In this document: positions 10,140 to 20,141 of the stretch, one piece after another
Position numbering within the stretch: the stretch's first letter is position 1
Layout of the letters: every line of letters starts with the position of its first letter
DNA from: Candidatus Omnitrophota bacterium
GTDB lineage: Bacteria; Omnitrophota; Gorgyraeia; Gygaellales; Gygaellaceae
Reading direction: 5' to 3'
Assembly: GCA_018400015.1 (NCBI GenBank)
Contig: JAGYNB010000003.1
Location: 5,022 to 69,021 of the forward strand
Length of the DNA stretch: 64,000 nt
Notes under the pieces: model-generated
What the model was told of the DNA's origin: nothing
The model's input: the letters and a program-made list of their open reading frames with translations, nothing else
The model's database searches: none
Translations under genes and position numbers: made by a program

Positions 10140-11482
10140 CTTCTTCCTTTAATTTGTCCGGTTTTCATAAAGCCCTCATAATGATGCATTAATAATTGTG
10201 ACTCTATCTGCTTTAATGTATCAAGCATAACACCAACAACAATCAATATCGTGGTTCCGCCTAAAAATGAAGCTATGGAATACGGCACCTTAAGCCACCT
10301 AATTACAAAATCAGGAAATATCGCTACAAAAACTATACTTAAAGCACCTACCAGAGTAATTCTATTTAAAACAAAAATCAAAAAATCAGCCGTGGGTTTG
10401 CCCGGCCTTATACCAGGAATAAATCCGCCGTATTTTTTCATATTCTCTGCTATTTCAACAGGGTTAAACACAATTGCTGTATAGAAATAACAGAAAAACA
10501 CAATCAAGCCGGCATAAAGAATATTGTAAACAATATTTCCTCTGGTTAAAAAGCTAGTTAGCTTTTGGAAGCCTGCGTTAGGCATAAATGTCGCCAGAGT
10601 TGCCGGAAAAAGTATTATTGATTGAGCAAAAATAATTGAAATAACTCCGGCAGTATCTACTTTAATCGGCAGATAAGTGCTTTGCCCGCCGTAAAGCTTC
10701 CTTCCCACTATGCGCCTTGCATACTGAACAGGAATTTTGCGCTGTCCCTGTGTAATCATTACCACAAACGCAATTAACGCAAACATGATCGAGAAAATCA
10801 CAACAATTACAAATGGTGAAAGTGATCTTTTTTCAGGTGAAAACGGGGAGGCTAACACAAATAACTGATAGATTGCCGTGGGCAGCCTAGATATAATTCC
10901 TACAGCGATTATTAATGATATTCCGTTGCCGATCCCCCGCTCCTGAATCTGTTCGCCCAACCACATAATAAACATTGTTCCTGTGGTAAGAGTCAAAACA
11001 GTCAACAACCTAAATCCCCATCCTGGGTTTGGCACAATTTGCAATCCTTGAAATCTTGCCGGATTCTCAAGCCACATAGAGATGAAAAACGCCTGTACAA
11101 GACATAGAAACAATGTTCCGATTCTTGTGTACTGGTTTATCTTTTCATGGCCAGCACGACCTTCCTTGGCCAACTTTTCCAAACTCGGTATAACAGCTGT
11201 TAACAGCTGCATAATTATACTAGCTGAAATATAAGGCATGATACCAAGTGCAAATATGGTCATTTGCTCTAACGCACCTCCGGAAAACATATTTATGATT
11301 CCAAATATGCTTGCACCTTGTGCCTGCGTCATGCGCCTAAAAAACTCTGAAAGAGCAGCCCCGTCAATACCAGGGGTGGGTATATAACAACCCATTCTAT
11401 AGATTATCAATAAGCCAAGGGTAATAAGAATCTTTTTCTTAAGATCCTCAATTTTAAAACTATTTATTAGCGCCTTCAGCAT
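10136..11482 (-). CDS. secY: preprotein translocase SecY
   Basis: FALGIMPYISASII, GIGNGISL, GGFIPGIRPG. Confidence 0.98.
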   Translation of the reverse strand: MLKALINSFKIEDLKKKILITLGLLIIYRMGCYIPTPGIDGAALSEFFRRMTQAQGASIFGIINMFSGGALEQMTIFALGIMPYISASIIMQLLTAVIPSLEKLAKEGRAGHEKINQYTRIGTLFLCLVQAFFISMWLENPARFQGLQIVPNPGWGFRLLTVLTLTTGTMFIMWLGEQIQERGIGNGISLIIAVGIISRLPTAIYQLFVLASPFSPEKRSLSPFVIVVIFSIMFALIAFVVMITQGQRKIPVQYARRIVGRKLYGGQSTYLPIKVDTAGVISIIFAQSIILFPATLATFMPNAGFQKLTSFLTRGNIVYNILYAGLIVFFCYFYTAIVFNPVEIAENMKKYGGFIPGIRPGKPTADFLIFVLNRITLVGALSIVFVAIFPDFVIRWLKVPYSIASFLGGTTILIVVGVMLDTLKQIESQLLMHHYEGFMKTGQIKGRR

Positions 11483-11936
11483 TATTTTTTGACTTTATTG
11501 GAATTAATTCAGCAACGCCTCCTACAGATTTAATTTTTTCAATAGCGCCTTTGGAAAAAGCATGTGCTTTTATTGTCAAGGCGTGTTTTAAATTTCCTTT
11601 AGACAAAATCTTTAGAGGCCTATTTTTTCCTATCATGCCTTTTTCGTACAACAAAGCGGCATCTACCACAGATCCTGTTTTAAAACCACTGATCTTTTCA
11701 AGATTGACAATCTGGTAATTAACTTTATTCCTTGCTGCAAAACCTCTTTTAGGGATCCTTTTAATCAATGGGTTTTGTCCACCTTCAAACGCTGAATAAA
11801 AATGACGTCCTGCACGAGAGGTCTGTCCTTTGTGGCCTTTAGTTGAAGTCTTTCCGTGTCCCGAGCCAGAACCTCTTCCTAAAAGTTTTTTTCTTTTATT
11901 TGCTCCCTCAGGGGCTTTTAGTTGACTTAAATTCAT
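11460..11936 (-). CDS. rplO: 50S ribosomal protein uL15
   Basis: [24 protein letters not shown]. Confidence 0.97.
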   Translation of the reverse strand: MNLSQLKAPEGANKRKKLLGRGSGSGHGKTSTKGHKGQTSRAGRHFYSAFEGGQNPLIKRIPKRGFAARNKVNYQIVNLEKISGFKTGSVVDAALLYEKGMIGKNRPLKILSKGNLKHALTIKAHAFSKGAIEKIKSVGGVAELIPIKSKNNAEGANK

Positions 11937-12391
11937 TTTTCAATTAGGTTTTGGAATCCATCGATAGTTGCCTTAATAACATTAACGGGATTCTTCGATT
12001 TTAAACATTTAGTTAATATATTGTGTATACCTACGGCATCACACACAGCCCTGACAGAACCAGAAGCAATAACTCCTGTACCATCGGAAGCCGGCTTTAA
12101 TAAAACTTTTGCTCCGCCGAATTCACCAATCACTTCATGAGGAATGGTTGTACCATTAAGTCTCACCTTAATCATGTTCTTTTTTGCCTGGGAAAGACTT
12201 TTTCTAATTGCTGTAGCTACTTCATTTGCTTTTCCCAATGCATACCCAACATTACCTTTTTTATCGCCTATTACCACCAAGGCGCTAAAGGACATCTTCT
12301 TTCCACCTTTAGTAACTTTAGTTACACGGTTTATCTTAATTATCTTCTCAAAAATAGCTGATTGATCTTGTTCTCTTCTTTTATTTTCCAT
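11933..12391 (-). CDS. rpsE: 30S ribosomal protein uS5
   Basis: [20 protein letters not shown]. Confidence 0.97.
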   Translation of the reverse strand: MENKRREQDQSAIFEKIIKINRVTKVTKGGKKMSFSALVVIGDKKGNVGYALGKANEVATAIRKSLSQAKKNMIKVRLNGTTIPHEVIGEFGGAKVLLKPASDGTGVIASGSVRAVCDAVGIHNILTKCLKSKNPVNVIKATIDGFQNLIEK

Positions 12392-12393
12392 AA

Positions 12394-12756
12394 TTAAAAT
12401 TCTAACCCGTTGTTTCTAGCTGATTCAGCAAAGGCCTTAATTCTCCCATGAAAAAGATGGCCTGCACGATCAAAGCTAATCTTTGTTATCCCTTTGTCTT
12501 TAACTTTCTTCGCAAAACATTCACCTAAAACTTGGGCAGCCTGAATATTACCACACTGCTTAAATTTACTTTTTATCGACTTATCCAAAGTTGACATACC
12601 AACAATAATCTCTCCTTTTGAATCATCAATCAATTGAACACTCATATTTTTGAGGCTTCTAAAAATACACAATCTAGGCCTGGGAGAAGTCGAGATAAGC
12701 CTATTTCTGATTTTCTTATGTCTTATTTTTCTTTTTACAGCTTTTTTATTTCTCAT
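12394..12756 (-). CDS. rplR: 50S ribosomal protein uL18
   Basis: [23 protein letters not shown]. Confidence 0.97.
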   Translation of the reverse strand: MRNKKAVKRKIRHKKIRNRLISTSPRPRLCIFRSLKNMSVQLIDDSKGEIIVGMSTLDKSIKSKFKQCGNIQAAQVLGECFAKKVKDKGITKISFDRAGHLFHGRIKAFAESARNNGLEF

Positions 12757-12758
12757 GA

Positions 12759-13307
12759 TTATTTACCACCTGTAGCTGTTGCTGCTTTTCCTAATTTTTT
12801 ACGAACCACTTCACCAACGTACCTGATACCTTTGCCTTTATAGGGCTCTGGAGGATAAACTGAGCGGATATCGGCAGCAATTTGACCAACTTTAGCTTTA
12901 TCAATACCGCTTACAGTAATAATATTACGCTGAACTTCTATTTTTATATCCTGAGGCGAATCAATTCTTACCGGATGACTGAAACCTAGCTGCATAACTA
13001 TAGTTTTTCCTTCCATTTGAGCACGAAAACCAACACCCTGTATCTCAAGTTGTTTTGAATAACCCTTACTTACACCTTCTATCATATTGGCAATAAGGCT
13101 TCTTACCAAACCGTGTAAAGACCTATATTTTTTTATGTCGCTTATGCGGGTAACGATTATTTTATTATCTTTAGATTCCACCTTAATCCCCTCGGGAATA
13201 TCAAACGAAAGCTTTCCTTTTGGACCTTGGATTTCCAGGGAAATATCTTTTATGTTTACCTTTAAATCTTTTGTAACATCGATTGGTTTTTTTCCGATTC
13301 GTGACAT
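12759..13307 (-). CDS. rplF: 50S ribosomal protein uL6
   Basis: MSRIGKKPI, PPEPYKGKGI. Confidence 0.98.
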   Translation of the reverse strand: MSRIGKKPIDVTKDLKVNIKDISLEIQGPKGKLSFDIPEGIKVESKDNKIIVTRISDIKKYRSLHGLVRSLIANMIEGVSKGYSKQLEIQGVGFRAQMEGKTIVMQLGFSHPVRIDSPQDIKIEVQRNIITVSGIDKAKVGQIAADIRSVYPPEPYKGKGIRYVGEVVRKKLGKAATATGGK

Positions 13308-13313
13308 ATCAAC

Positions 13314-13712
13314 CTACCAGACTTGACAAATTATTTCACCGCCAACATTAGATTCTCTTGCCTGATCTTCTGTCATAACACCTTTTGAAGTAGAAAGTAT
13401 ACAGATACCATAACCGTGTAAGAATCTTCTGATAGCGTCTCTTTTAATATATTTTCTTAGACCCAATTTAGAAACTCTTTTTGCGCCTTTTATCGCACCT
13501 TTTCCATTTTCTTTGTATTTTAAATAGACGCGAAAAAGACCTTGTTTCTTATCATCAATAAATTTAAAGTTGCTTATATAACTTTCTTTCATCAAAATCT
13601 CTAAAATCGCTTTTATTAATTTTGAAGCCAACACATCTACCGATTCTGCTTTTATCTTCTCGGCATTTAAAACTCTTACTAATAAGTCCGATACTAAATC
13701 ATTAACTGACAT
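13314..13712 (-). CDS. rpsH: 30S ribosomal protein uS8
   Basis: ILSTSKGVMT, GGEIICQVW; spc operon position. Confidence 0.95.
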   Translation of the reverse strand: MSVNDLVSDLLVRVLNAEKIKAESVDVLASKLIKAILEILMKESYISNFKFIDDKKQGLFRVYLKYKENGKGAIKGAKRVSKLGLRKYIKRDAIRRFLHGYGICILSTSKGVMTEDQARESNVGGEIICQVW

Positions 13713-13720
13713 TTTCTCTC

Positions 13721-13906
13721 CTACCAGCTGGCTTTTTTTACTCCCGGGATCATCCCTTCCCAGGCAAGCTCTCTAAAACACATACGGCATAACTGAAATT
13801 TACTCAAATACCCCCCGGATCGTCCGCATATTCTACAGCGATTCATTTTTCTCGTTGAGAATTTAGGTTCTCTTTTCCATCTGTTAATCTGTGATTTTTT
13901 TGCCAT
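13721..13906 (-). CDS. rpsZ: 30S ribosomal protein uS14 (short Zn-binding type Z)
   Basis: RCRICGR...[10 protein letters not shown]...PGVKKASW. Confidence 0.96.
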   Translation of the reverse strand: MAKKSQINRWKREPKFSTRKMNRCRICGRSGGYLSKFQLCRMCFRELAWEGMIPGVKKASW

Positions 13907-13909
13907 CTA

Positions 13910-14452
13910 TTACTCCTTAAAAGGCATTCCGAAACTTCTTAACAATTCTTTATTTAAATCTTTACTGCGTGAAGAAAACACAATAACTACATCCATTCCC
14001 TGCACTCGTGTTACCTTGTCAGGGTCTACTTCGGGAAAAATCGACTGTTCGGTAATACCAAAACTGTAGTTGCCATGATGATCAAATGAATTTCCAGGTA
14101 TACCGCGAAAATCTCTGATTCTCGGTAACGCTACGCTTATAAGCCTATCGAGAAACTCATACATATTTGCTCCCCTTAAGGTAACCTTACAACCAACTGG
14201 CAAACCCTTTCTAATCTTAAAATTTGATATTGCAGTTTTAGCTTTTGTCAGCATTGGTTTCTGACCCGTTATAAGCGCAAGCTCTTTCATGGATTGTTCT
14301 AAAAGCTTAAAATCAGCCACAGCTTCACCGACACCCATGTTAATTACAATCTTTTCAATTTTAGGAACTTGAAAATTATTCTTCAAAGAAAACTTTTCTT
14401 TAAATTCAGGTATAACCTTGGTCTGATAATATTCTAAAATTCTCGGTTTCAT
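13910..14452 (-). CDS. rplE: 50S ribosomal protein uL5
   Basis: KIVINMGVG, ALPRIRDFRG. Confidence 0.98.
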   Translation of the reverse strand: MKPRILEYYQTKVIPEFKEKFSLKNNFQVPKIEKIVINMGVGEAVADFKLLEQSMKELALITGQKPMLTKAKTAISNFKIRKGLPVGCKVTLRGANMYEFLDRLISVALPRIRDFRGIPGNSFDHHGNYSFGITEQSIFPEVDPDKVTRVQGMDVVIVFSSRSKDLNKELLRSFGMPFKE

Positions 14453-14453
14453 T

Positions 14454-14765
14454 TTAAATAACTTCCTTACATTTTTTGCAAAATCTTACTTTTTCTTTGT
14501 TTTCAAGCACCTTAAAACCGACTTTTACTGGTTTATTACATTTTTTACACTGCACCATGAGCTTGGCAATTGCCACAGGCCGTTCAACGCTGACAATACC
14601 TGACTGCTGTTCCTGTGAACGCTTTCTCATGTGTTTTTTAACTAAATTAACTCTTTCTATAATCGCTTTTTGGGACTCTCTAAAAACCTTTATAACCTTG
14701 CCGGTTTTACCCTTATCTTTTCCGGAAACTACGTAAACTATATCGTTTTTCTTTATTTTCTGCAT
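14454..14765 (-). CDS. rplX: 50S ribosomal protein uL24
   Basis: KOW motif SGKDKGKTG; two CKKC motifs. Confidence 0.96.
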   Translation of the reverse strand: MQKIKKNDIVYVVSGKDKGKTGKVIKVFRESQKAIIERVNLVKKHMRKRSQEQQSGIVSVERPVAIAKLMVQCKKCNKPVKVGFKVLENKEKVRFCKKCKEVI

Positions 14766-14766
14766 C

Positions 14767-15135
14767 TTATATTACCTCAGGTGCCAATGATATGATTTTC
14801 ATAAAATTTTTAGTTCTTAATTCTCTTGCCACAGGCCCAAATACACGCGTACCCCTGGGGTTTTTCTGTGTATCAATAATCACCACAGCGTTACTATCAA
14901 ACTGCACATAAGAACCGTCATCTCTTCTAATCTTGTTTCTGGTGCGCACAACTACTGCGTCAGCCTTTTCACCCTTTTTTACAGCAGCATTAGGATTAGA
15001 TTCCTTAATATTTACCTTAATAATATCTCCTATCTCTGCCTTAGGCTTACCCTTGGCTCCTAATACGCTAATACACGATGCCTTACGTGCGCCGGTATTA
15101 TCTGTAACGTTTAGAATACTACGAAGTTGAATCAT
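14767..15135 (-). CDS. rplN: 50S ribosomal protein uL14
   Basis: [23 protein letters not shown]. Confidence 0.98.
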   Translation of the reverse strand: MIQLRSILNVTDNTGARKASCISVLGAKGKPKAEIGDIIKVNIKESNPNAAVKKGEKADAVVVRTRNKIRRDDGSYVQFDSNAVVIIDTQKNPRGTRVFGPVARELRTKNFMKIISLAPEVI

Positions 15136-15382
15136 TTTTCTTAATTATTTCCCTTAATCTGAAACGTTTATCTTTAGACAAGGGTCGGCATTCCTCTATT
15201 AAAACTAAGTCGCCGATATTTGCAATATTTTTCTCATCATGAACTTTAAACTTATTAAAACGCTTTATGATTTTTTTATACTTAGGATGCTGTGCGCTTT
15301 CTTCAACCTGCACAACAATGGTTTTATGCATCTTATTACTGGTTACTTTACCTGACCTTACTTTACGATTGGTTTTTTTCAC
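15119..15382 (-). CDS. rpsQ: 30S ribosomal protein uS17
   Basis: [23 protein letters not shown]. Confidence 0.97.
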   Translation of the reverse strand: MKKTNRKVRSGKVTSNKMHKTIVVQVEESAQHPKYKKIIKRFNKFKVHDEKNIANIGDLVLIEECRPLSKDKRFRLREIIKKNDSTS

Positions 15383-15582
15383 TTATTTTTGCCTTCTTTT
15401 TTTAATTCATTTAAAACTGTCTTTATGCGAGCAATATCTCTTTTTACGATAAAAAACCTATGCGGCTTATCAACCTGATTAATTTTTCTCTGATTGTTAA
15501 GTTGATAAAGCTCTTTATTCAGATCGATTAACTTATTATTCAATTCACCAACTGAAAAGTTTCTAATGTCTTTTATCTTCAT
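15379..15582 (-). CDS. rpmC: 50S ribosomal protein uL29
   Basis: KRDIARIKT; operon position. Confidence 0.94.
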   Translation of the reverse strand: MKIKDIRNFSVGELNNKLIDLNKELYQLNNQRKINQVDKPHRFFIVKRDIARIKTVLNELKKEGKNK

Positions 15583-15585
15583 TTT

Positions 15586-16005
15586 TTATATTACGTGTTC
15601 TCTGGTTACAAATTTTGTCCTTAAGGGAAGCTTATAAGCTGCCATCCTTAAAACACCTCTTGCATAACTTTCGGGAATTCCGCTTATTTCAAACAATACT
15701 TTACCTCTGGGGACATTACATATCCATTGAAAAATATCACCCTTGCCTTTTCCCATACGGGTTTCCTGGGGTTTTTTGGTGGTGCTCTTATTAGGATACA
15801 CTCTTATCCATAGTTTGCCTCCCTGACGCAGCTGTCTTACTAAAACAACCCTACAGGACTCAAGTTGAGCATTGGTAACCGAACCATTATTTAATGCCTT
15901 AAGCCCGAATTCGCCAAAAACAAGAGTATTGCCTTTTGTTGCTATCCCTCGTCTTTTCCCACGATGGTATTTTCTAAATTTTACTCTTTTTGGTATAAAA
16001 GCCAT
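15586..16005 (-). CDS. rplP: 50S ribosomal protein uL16
   Basis: PKRVKFRK, ETRMGKGKG. Confidence 0.97.
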   Translation of the reverse strand: MAFIPKRVKFRKYHRGKRRGIATKGNTLVFGEFGLKALNNGSVTNAQLESCRVVLVRQLRQGGKLWIRVYPNKSTTKKPQETRMGKGKGDIFQWICNVPRGKVLFEISGIPESYARGVLRMAAYKLPLRTKFVTREHVI

Positions 16006-16677
16006 TTATTCCTCAACTGGTTGTTGTTTGCTTTGCGGTTTTTTCTTTTGTTTTATTACCAAACCTTTATAAACCCAAACCTTTATGCCGATAATCCCGT
16101 ATGTCGTATGGGCCTGGCTTGCAGCATAATCAATATCTGCCCTTAACGTAGCCAAAGGAACCTTACCTTTTTTAAAAGTCTCCCGACGTTTCATTTCAGC
16201 GCCGCCAAGTCTTCCGGCAATAGTAATCCTAATTCCACCCGCACCGTTCATAAGTGCGTTATCTATAGCTCTTTTTATCGCCCTTTTATAGGCAACTCTT
16301 TTTTCAATCTGAAAAACAATATTATCTGCAATCAACTGTGCATCCGTATTTGGCTGTTTAACTTCTTCAATGTCGATTAATAATTCCTGGCTTGTCACTT
16401 TTGCCAATTCGTCCCTTAATTTCTCTATTTCCGAACCTTGTCTACCAATGATAATACCCGGACGAGCAGTAACAATCTTTATTTTTAGCTTATCCGTAAG
16501 ACGACTAATAATCACTTTTGAAATCGCGGCAAATCTGTACTTATTACGAATTACTTTTCTGATCTTATAATCTTCTTCCAGGTAATCTGCAAAATTAGCC
16601 TTTGAGGCAATCCAATAGCTTTTCCAATCTTTGATAAAACCAATTCTTTGAATTAAAGGATGTACTTTTTGTCCCAT
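16006..16677 (-). CDS. rpsC: 30S ribosomal protein uS3
   Basis: MGQKVHP, GRLGGAE, TLRADIDY. Confidence 0.98.
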   Translation of the reverse strand: MGQKVHPLIQRIGFIKDWKSYWIASKANFADYLEEDYKIRKVIRNKYRFAAISKVIISRLTDKLKIKIVTARPGIIIGRQGSEIEKLRDELAKVTSQELLIDIEEVKQPNTDAQLIADNIVFQIEKRVAYKRAIKRAIDNALMNGAGGIRITIAGRLGGAEMKRRETFKKGKVPLATLRADIDYAASQAHTTYGIIGIKVWVYKGLVIKQKKKPQSKQQPVEE

Positions 16678-17102
16678 TATTTAGCTGCCTTTTTGTTTTT
16701 AACTTTTTTTCTTACTACGGTCTTCTTCTTAGATTTTTCTTCTTTTACTATAGTATTATTTGCTAATGTTTCAGGTAATAAATCAAGTTCAATCTCTAAA
16801 TGCGTTGTTCGCTTCAATACAGGAACTGCCCTACCAAAAGATGCAGCACGAAATCTTTTCCAAGAAGGACCACTATTAGCAATACATTTAGAAACATAGA
16901 GCTGTTTTAAATCAAAGCCTTTTGTTTTTGCATTGTTTATTGCGGAATTTAAAACCTTCTTCACTAAAAACGAGGCCTTCTTATTTAAATTGTTCAAAAC
17001 AGAAATTGCAGCATATGTATTTTTACCTTTTATTAAATCAAGAATCTGCTTCATTTTCTTTGGTGAAATCCTTAAATATTTTGTTTTTGCTTTTGCAATC
17101 AT
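16677..17102 (-). CDS. rplV: 50S ribosomal protein uL22 with a basic C-terminal tail
   Basis: RISPKK, SAINNA, KRTTHLEI. Confidence 0.96.
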   Translation of the reverse strand: MIAKAKTKYLRISPKKMKQILDLIKGKNTYAAISVLNNLNKKASFLVKKVLNSAINNAKTKGFDLKQLYVSKCIANSGPSWKRFRAASFGRAVPVLKRTTHLEIELDLLPETLANNTIVKEEKSKKKTVVRKKVKNKKAAK

Positions 17103-17109
17103 TGTCTTA

Positions 17110-17397
17110 TTATGTTAAATCTGCTGATTTCTTGGCCTTTACGCCGCCGTGTTTTCTAAAAGTCCGAGAAGGCGCAAATTCCCCTAATTTATGCCCAACC
17201 ATATTTTCCGTAATGAATACTGGGATATGCTTTTTGCCATCATGTACGGCAAAGGTCAACCCAACAAATTCCGGAGCTATAACCGAACGCCTTGACCATG
17301 TTCTTATCGGCGTTCTTGTGCCGCTTTTTTTAACTTTGTCTACTTTTTTAAGTAGTTTCTCATCAATAAATGGACCTTTTTTAAGTGATCTTGCCAT
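17110..17397 (-). CDS. rpsS: 30S ribosomal protein uS19
   Basis: [17 protein letters not shown]. Confidence 0.98.
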   Translation of the reverse strand: MARSLKKGPFIDEKLLKKVDKVKKSGTRTPIRTWSRRSVIAPEFVGLTFAVHDGKKHIPVFITENMVGHKLGEFAPSRTFRKHGGVKAKKSADLT

Positions 17398-18230
17398 TAT
17401 TTCCTTCTTTTCGCTATATATTTATCAGAATATCTGTTTGGTTTTCTCGTCTTGTAGCCTTTTGTCGGTTTTCCCCAAGGAGTTGTTGGGTGAGGATTGC
17501 CTTGGCCTGCTTTTCCTTCACCACCACCGTGCGGATGATCAACTGGGTTCATCGCAACGCCACGGACATTTGATTTTCTACCCAACCAAGCAGATCTACC
17601 GGCTTTGCCTAGTTTTATCTCTTTCCAGTCAGCGTTACTAACCTGACCGATTGTCGCACAACAAGCTATATTAATCAATCTTACTTCTCCCGAAGGAAGC
17701 TTAACATGTGCGAAATTTCCCTCTTTGGCCGTAATCTGAGCACTGGAACCCGCGCTCCTTACAATTTTACCGCCTTTGCCAACTTCCAGTTCAATATTGT
17801 GTATCATGGTCCCTAAAGGAACATTTCTTAAACACATGCAATTACCAATTTTTATCTCTACGTTATCGCCGCGGGTACTTACCACCTCTTGGCCAACCTT
17901 TAACTCTACTGGTGCAATAATATAATTTTTAACCTTGTCTTGATATTCAATCAATGCAATTCTTGCTCTTCTATTAGGATCATACTCTAAAGCGATTACT
18001 TTAGCTGATTCGTCTAATCTATTACGTTTAAAATCTACCTCTCTATAAAGCCTTTTATGTCCACCGCCGCGAAAACGTACTGTAATTCTGCCGGTATTAT
18101 TCCTGCCGCCTTTTTTCTTAATCGGAGACACAAGGGACTTTTCCGGTCTTTTTCTTGTAAGATTCGAGAAATCTGACGTAATAACGTATCTTCTTCCCGC
18201 TGATGTCGGTTTATGTTTTTTAACTGCCAT
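17397..18230 (-). CDS. rplB: 50S ribosomal protein uL2
   Basis: [23 protein letters not shown]. Confidence 0.99.
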   Translation of the reverse strand: MAVKKHKPTSAGRRYVITSDFSNLTRKRPEKSLVSPIKKKGGRNNTGRITVRFRGGGHKRLYREVDFKRNRLDESAKVIALEYDPNRRARIALIEYQDKVKNYIIAPVELKVGQEVVSTRGDNVEIKIGNCMCLRNVPLGTMIHNIELEVGKGGKIVRSAGSSAQITAKEGNFAHVKLPSGEVRLINIACCATIGQVSNADWKEIKLGKAGRSAWLGRKSNVRGVAMNPVDHPHGGGEGKAGQGNPHPTTPWGKPTKGYKTRKPNRYSDKYIAKRRK

Positions 18231-18234
18231 AATT

Positions 18235-18513
18235 TTAAGTTACCTCTATTTTATTTCCTTTTTTAAGCGTAACAACAGCCTTTTTCGTATCTGAAGTCCT
18301 GCCATATGCATGCCTAACACGCTTAAGTTTACCATGTGAAATCAATGTATTAACATCTTTGACTTTAACTTTGTATATAGTCTCTACGGCTTTCTTAATC
18401 TCTGTTTTATTTGCGGTTTTATCAACTAAAAAATGGTATTTATCGTACGGCAATAAGCTTGTACCTTTTTCAGTTCTTAGTAGTGCTCTTAAAATTAAAT
18501 AAGGAGTTTTCAT
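18235..18513 (-). CDS. rplW: 50S ribosomal protein uL23
   Basis: [21 protein letters not shown]. Confidence 0.96.
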   Translation of the reverse strand: MKTPYLILRALLRTEKGTSLLPYDKYHFLVDKTANKTEIKKAVETIYKVKVKDVNTLISHGKLKRVRHAYGRTSDTKKAVVTLKKGNKIEVT

Positions 18514-19136
18514 TTCTTTAATCTCTTGACTAATGAATCCAATGCTTTTTTTGTAATCAAAACAATCTTGCTAGCCAAAACATCGTAAGCATTCAATTCA
18601 TCTGCAACTTTTAATTTTAATCTATCGATATTACGGCCTGCCAAAAATAATTCTTTATCAAAAACATCATTTACCAACAAACACTTATTTTTTATTTTAA
18701 GCTTTGTTATTATGGAAGCTAATTCTTTGGTTTTTGCCTTAGAAAGCTTCACTTCGTCTAAAACAATTATTTCTTCATTGTTGAACTTATCGTTTAACAC
18801 AGATATTAAAGCCTTATGTTTAATTTTTTTAGGAAGCGTGTAAGAAAAATCTTTTGGTATGGGACCGAAGGTAACACCGCCATGTCTCCAGATAGGAGAT
18901 CTAGTTGAACCGTGTCTTGCCCTGCCTGTACCTTTTTGTCTCCATGGTTTGGCACCGCCTCCGGAAACTTGCGCTCTGTCTTTTACGCTAGCAGAACCTA
19001 AGCGCATATTTGCCTGGTACATGACTACGGCCTGATAAACACAAGGTTCGTTTACCTTACCGTCAAAAAGCTTCTCATCGAGCTGTATAGACTCAATTTT
19101 CTTACCTTGTATGTTTAAAACGTTGCACTGTGTCAT
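18510..19136 (-). CDS. rplD: 50S ribosomal protein uL4
   Basis: KPWRQKGTGRARHGS. Confidence 0.98.
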   Translation of the reverse strand: MTQCNVLNIQGKKIESIQLDEKLFDGKVNEPCVYQAVVMYQANMRLGSASVKDRAQVSGGGAKPWRQKGTGRARHGSTRSPIWRHGGVTFGPIPKDFSYTLPKKIKHKALISVLNDKFNNEEIIVLDEVKLSKAKTKELASIITKLKIKNKCLLVNDVFDKELFLAGRNIDRLKLKVADELNAYDVLASKIVLITKKALDSLVKRLKK

Positions 19137-19747
19137 TTCTTTTTGATAATTTTATTTACGATTACAACAGAATTATTTACACCCGGCACTGCACCTTTTA
19201 AAACCAAAATACCGTCTTCGGTATCAATTTTTACTATTTTAAGGTTTTTGACAGTTGATTTCACATTGCCCATCTGTCCTGGCATATGATGACCCTTTAC
19301 AACTCTGCTGGGAGTCGCTGAAGCGCCGATTGAACCTGGACGTCTATGAGACATTGAACCGTGTGTCTTTGGTCCACCTTTCCAATTCCAACGCTTAACA
19401 CCGCCCTGAAAACCTTTTCCTTTTGAAATCCCAGTAACCTTTACAATATCACCGTCTTTAAATATATCCACATTTAAGACATCGCCTGCTTTAAATTCCT
19501 GATCGTGATCGTTAAAATCTATTTCTTTTACGTATTTTTTTGGCGTAATTTTTAACTTTTTATAAAATCCCAACTGGGGCTTTCTTGTTTTTTTCTCCGC
19601 AAGTTCTCCATAACCAAGCTGAACTTTCTTATTATTGCTGGACAAAACAACACAAGGACCAAGCTCCAATACTGTAACAGGGATAGCCTTTCCCTGCTCA
19701 TTATAAATACGCGTCATTCCTAATTTTTTTCCAATTAAGCCAGACAT
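19133..19747 (-). CDS. rplC: 50S ribosomal protein uL3
   Basis: GKKLGMT, KGKGFQG, HRRPGSIG. Confidence 0.98.
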   Translation of the reverse strand: MSGLIGKKLGMTRIYNEQGKAIPVTVLELGPCVVLSSNNKKVQLGYGELAEKKTRKPQLGFYKKLKITPKKYVKEIDFNDHDQEFKAGDVLNVDIFKDGDIVKVTGISKGKGFQGGVKRWNWKGGPKTHGSMSHRRPGSIGASATPSRVVKGHHMPGQMGNVKSTVKNLKIVKIDTEDGILVLKGAVPGVNNSVVIVNKIIKKK

Positions 19748-19751
19748 AATT

Positions 19752-20066
19752 TTACATTCTTATTTCAATATGAACACCCGCAGGAAGGTTTAATTTCCTT
19801 AAAGCATCGATGGTTTTTGCAGTAGGATCTACCAATTCAACCAGACGTTTATGGGTAACTATTGTAAATTGTTCTCTCGACTTCTTGTCAATAACAGGAG
19901 ACCTTAAAACAGTATACATCTCTTTCTTTGAAGGTAAAGGCAAAGGTCCAGAAACTTTAGTACCGAATCTTTTTGCAGTATCCACGATTTCTTCAACAGA
20001 CTGATCTAAAAGTCTGTGGTCATATGCCTTTAATTTAATTTTAATTCTTTGCTTGGTTGTAACCAT
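19752..20066 (-). CDS. rpsJ: 30S ribosomal protein uS10
   Basis: [17 protein letters not shown]. Confidence 0.98.
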   Translation of the reverse strand: MVTTKQRIKIKLKAYDHRLLDQSVEEIVDTAKRFGTKVSGPLPLPSKKEMYTVLRSPVIDKKSREQFTIVTHKRLVELVDPTAKTIDALRKLNLPAGVHIEIRM

Positions 20067-20094
20067 TGCTTTTTTTGTTTTCTCCTGTTAACCC

Positions 20095-20130
20095 TAAAAC
20101 ATGCCGCCAATCAACAGACGGCATGTTTTA
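20095..20130 (-). terminator. stem-loop between tuf and rpsJ (intrinsic terminator, attenuator or stabiliser)
   Basis: Minus strand reads TAAAACATGCCGTC-tgttgatt-GGCGGCATGTTTTA: 14-bp stem with one G-U pair, ending in a short U run. Confidence 0.65.
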
Positions 20131-20141
20131 AGATATCTATT

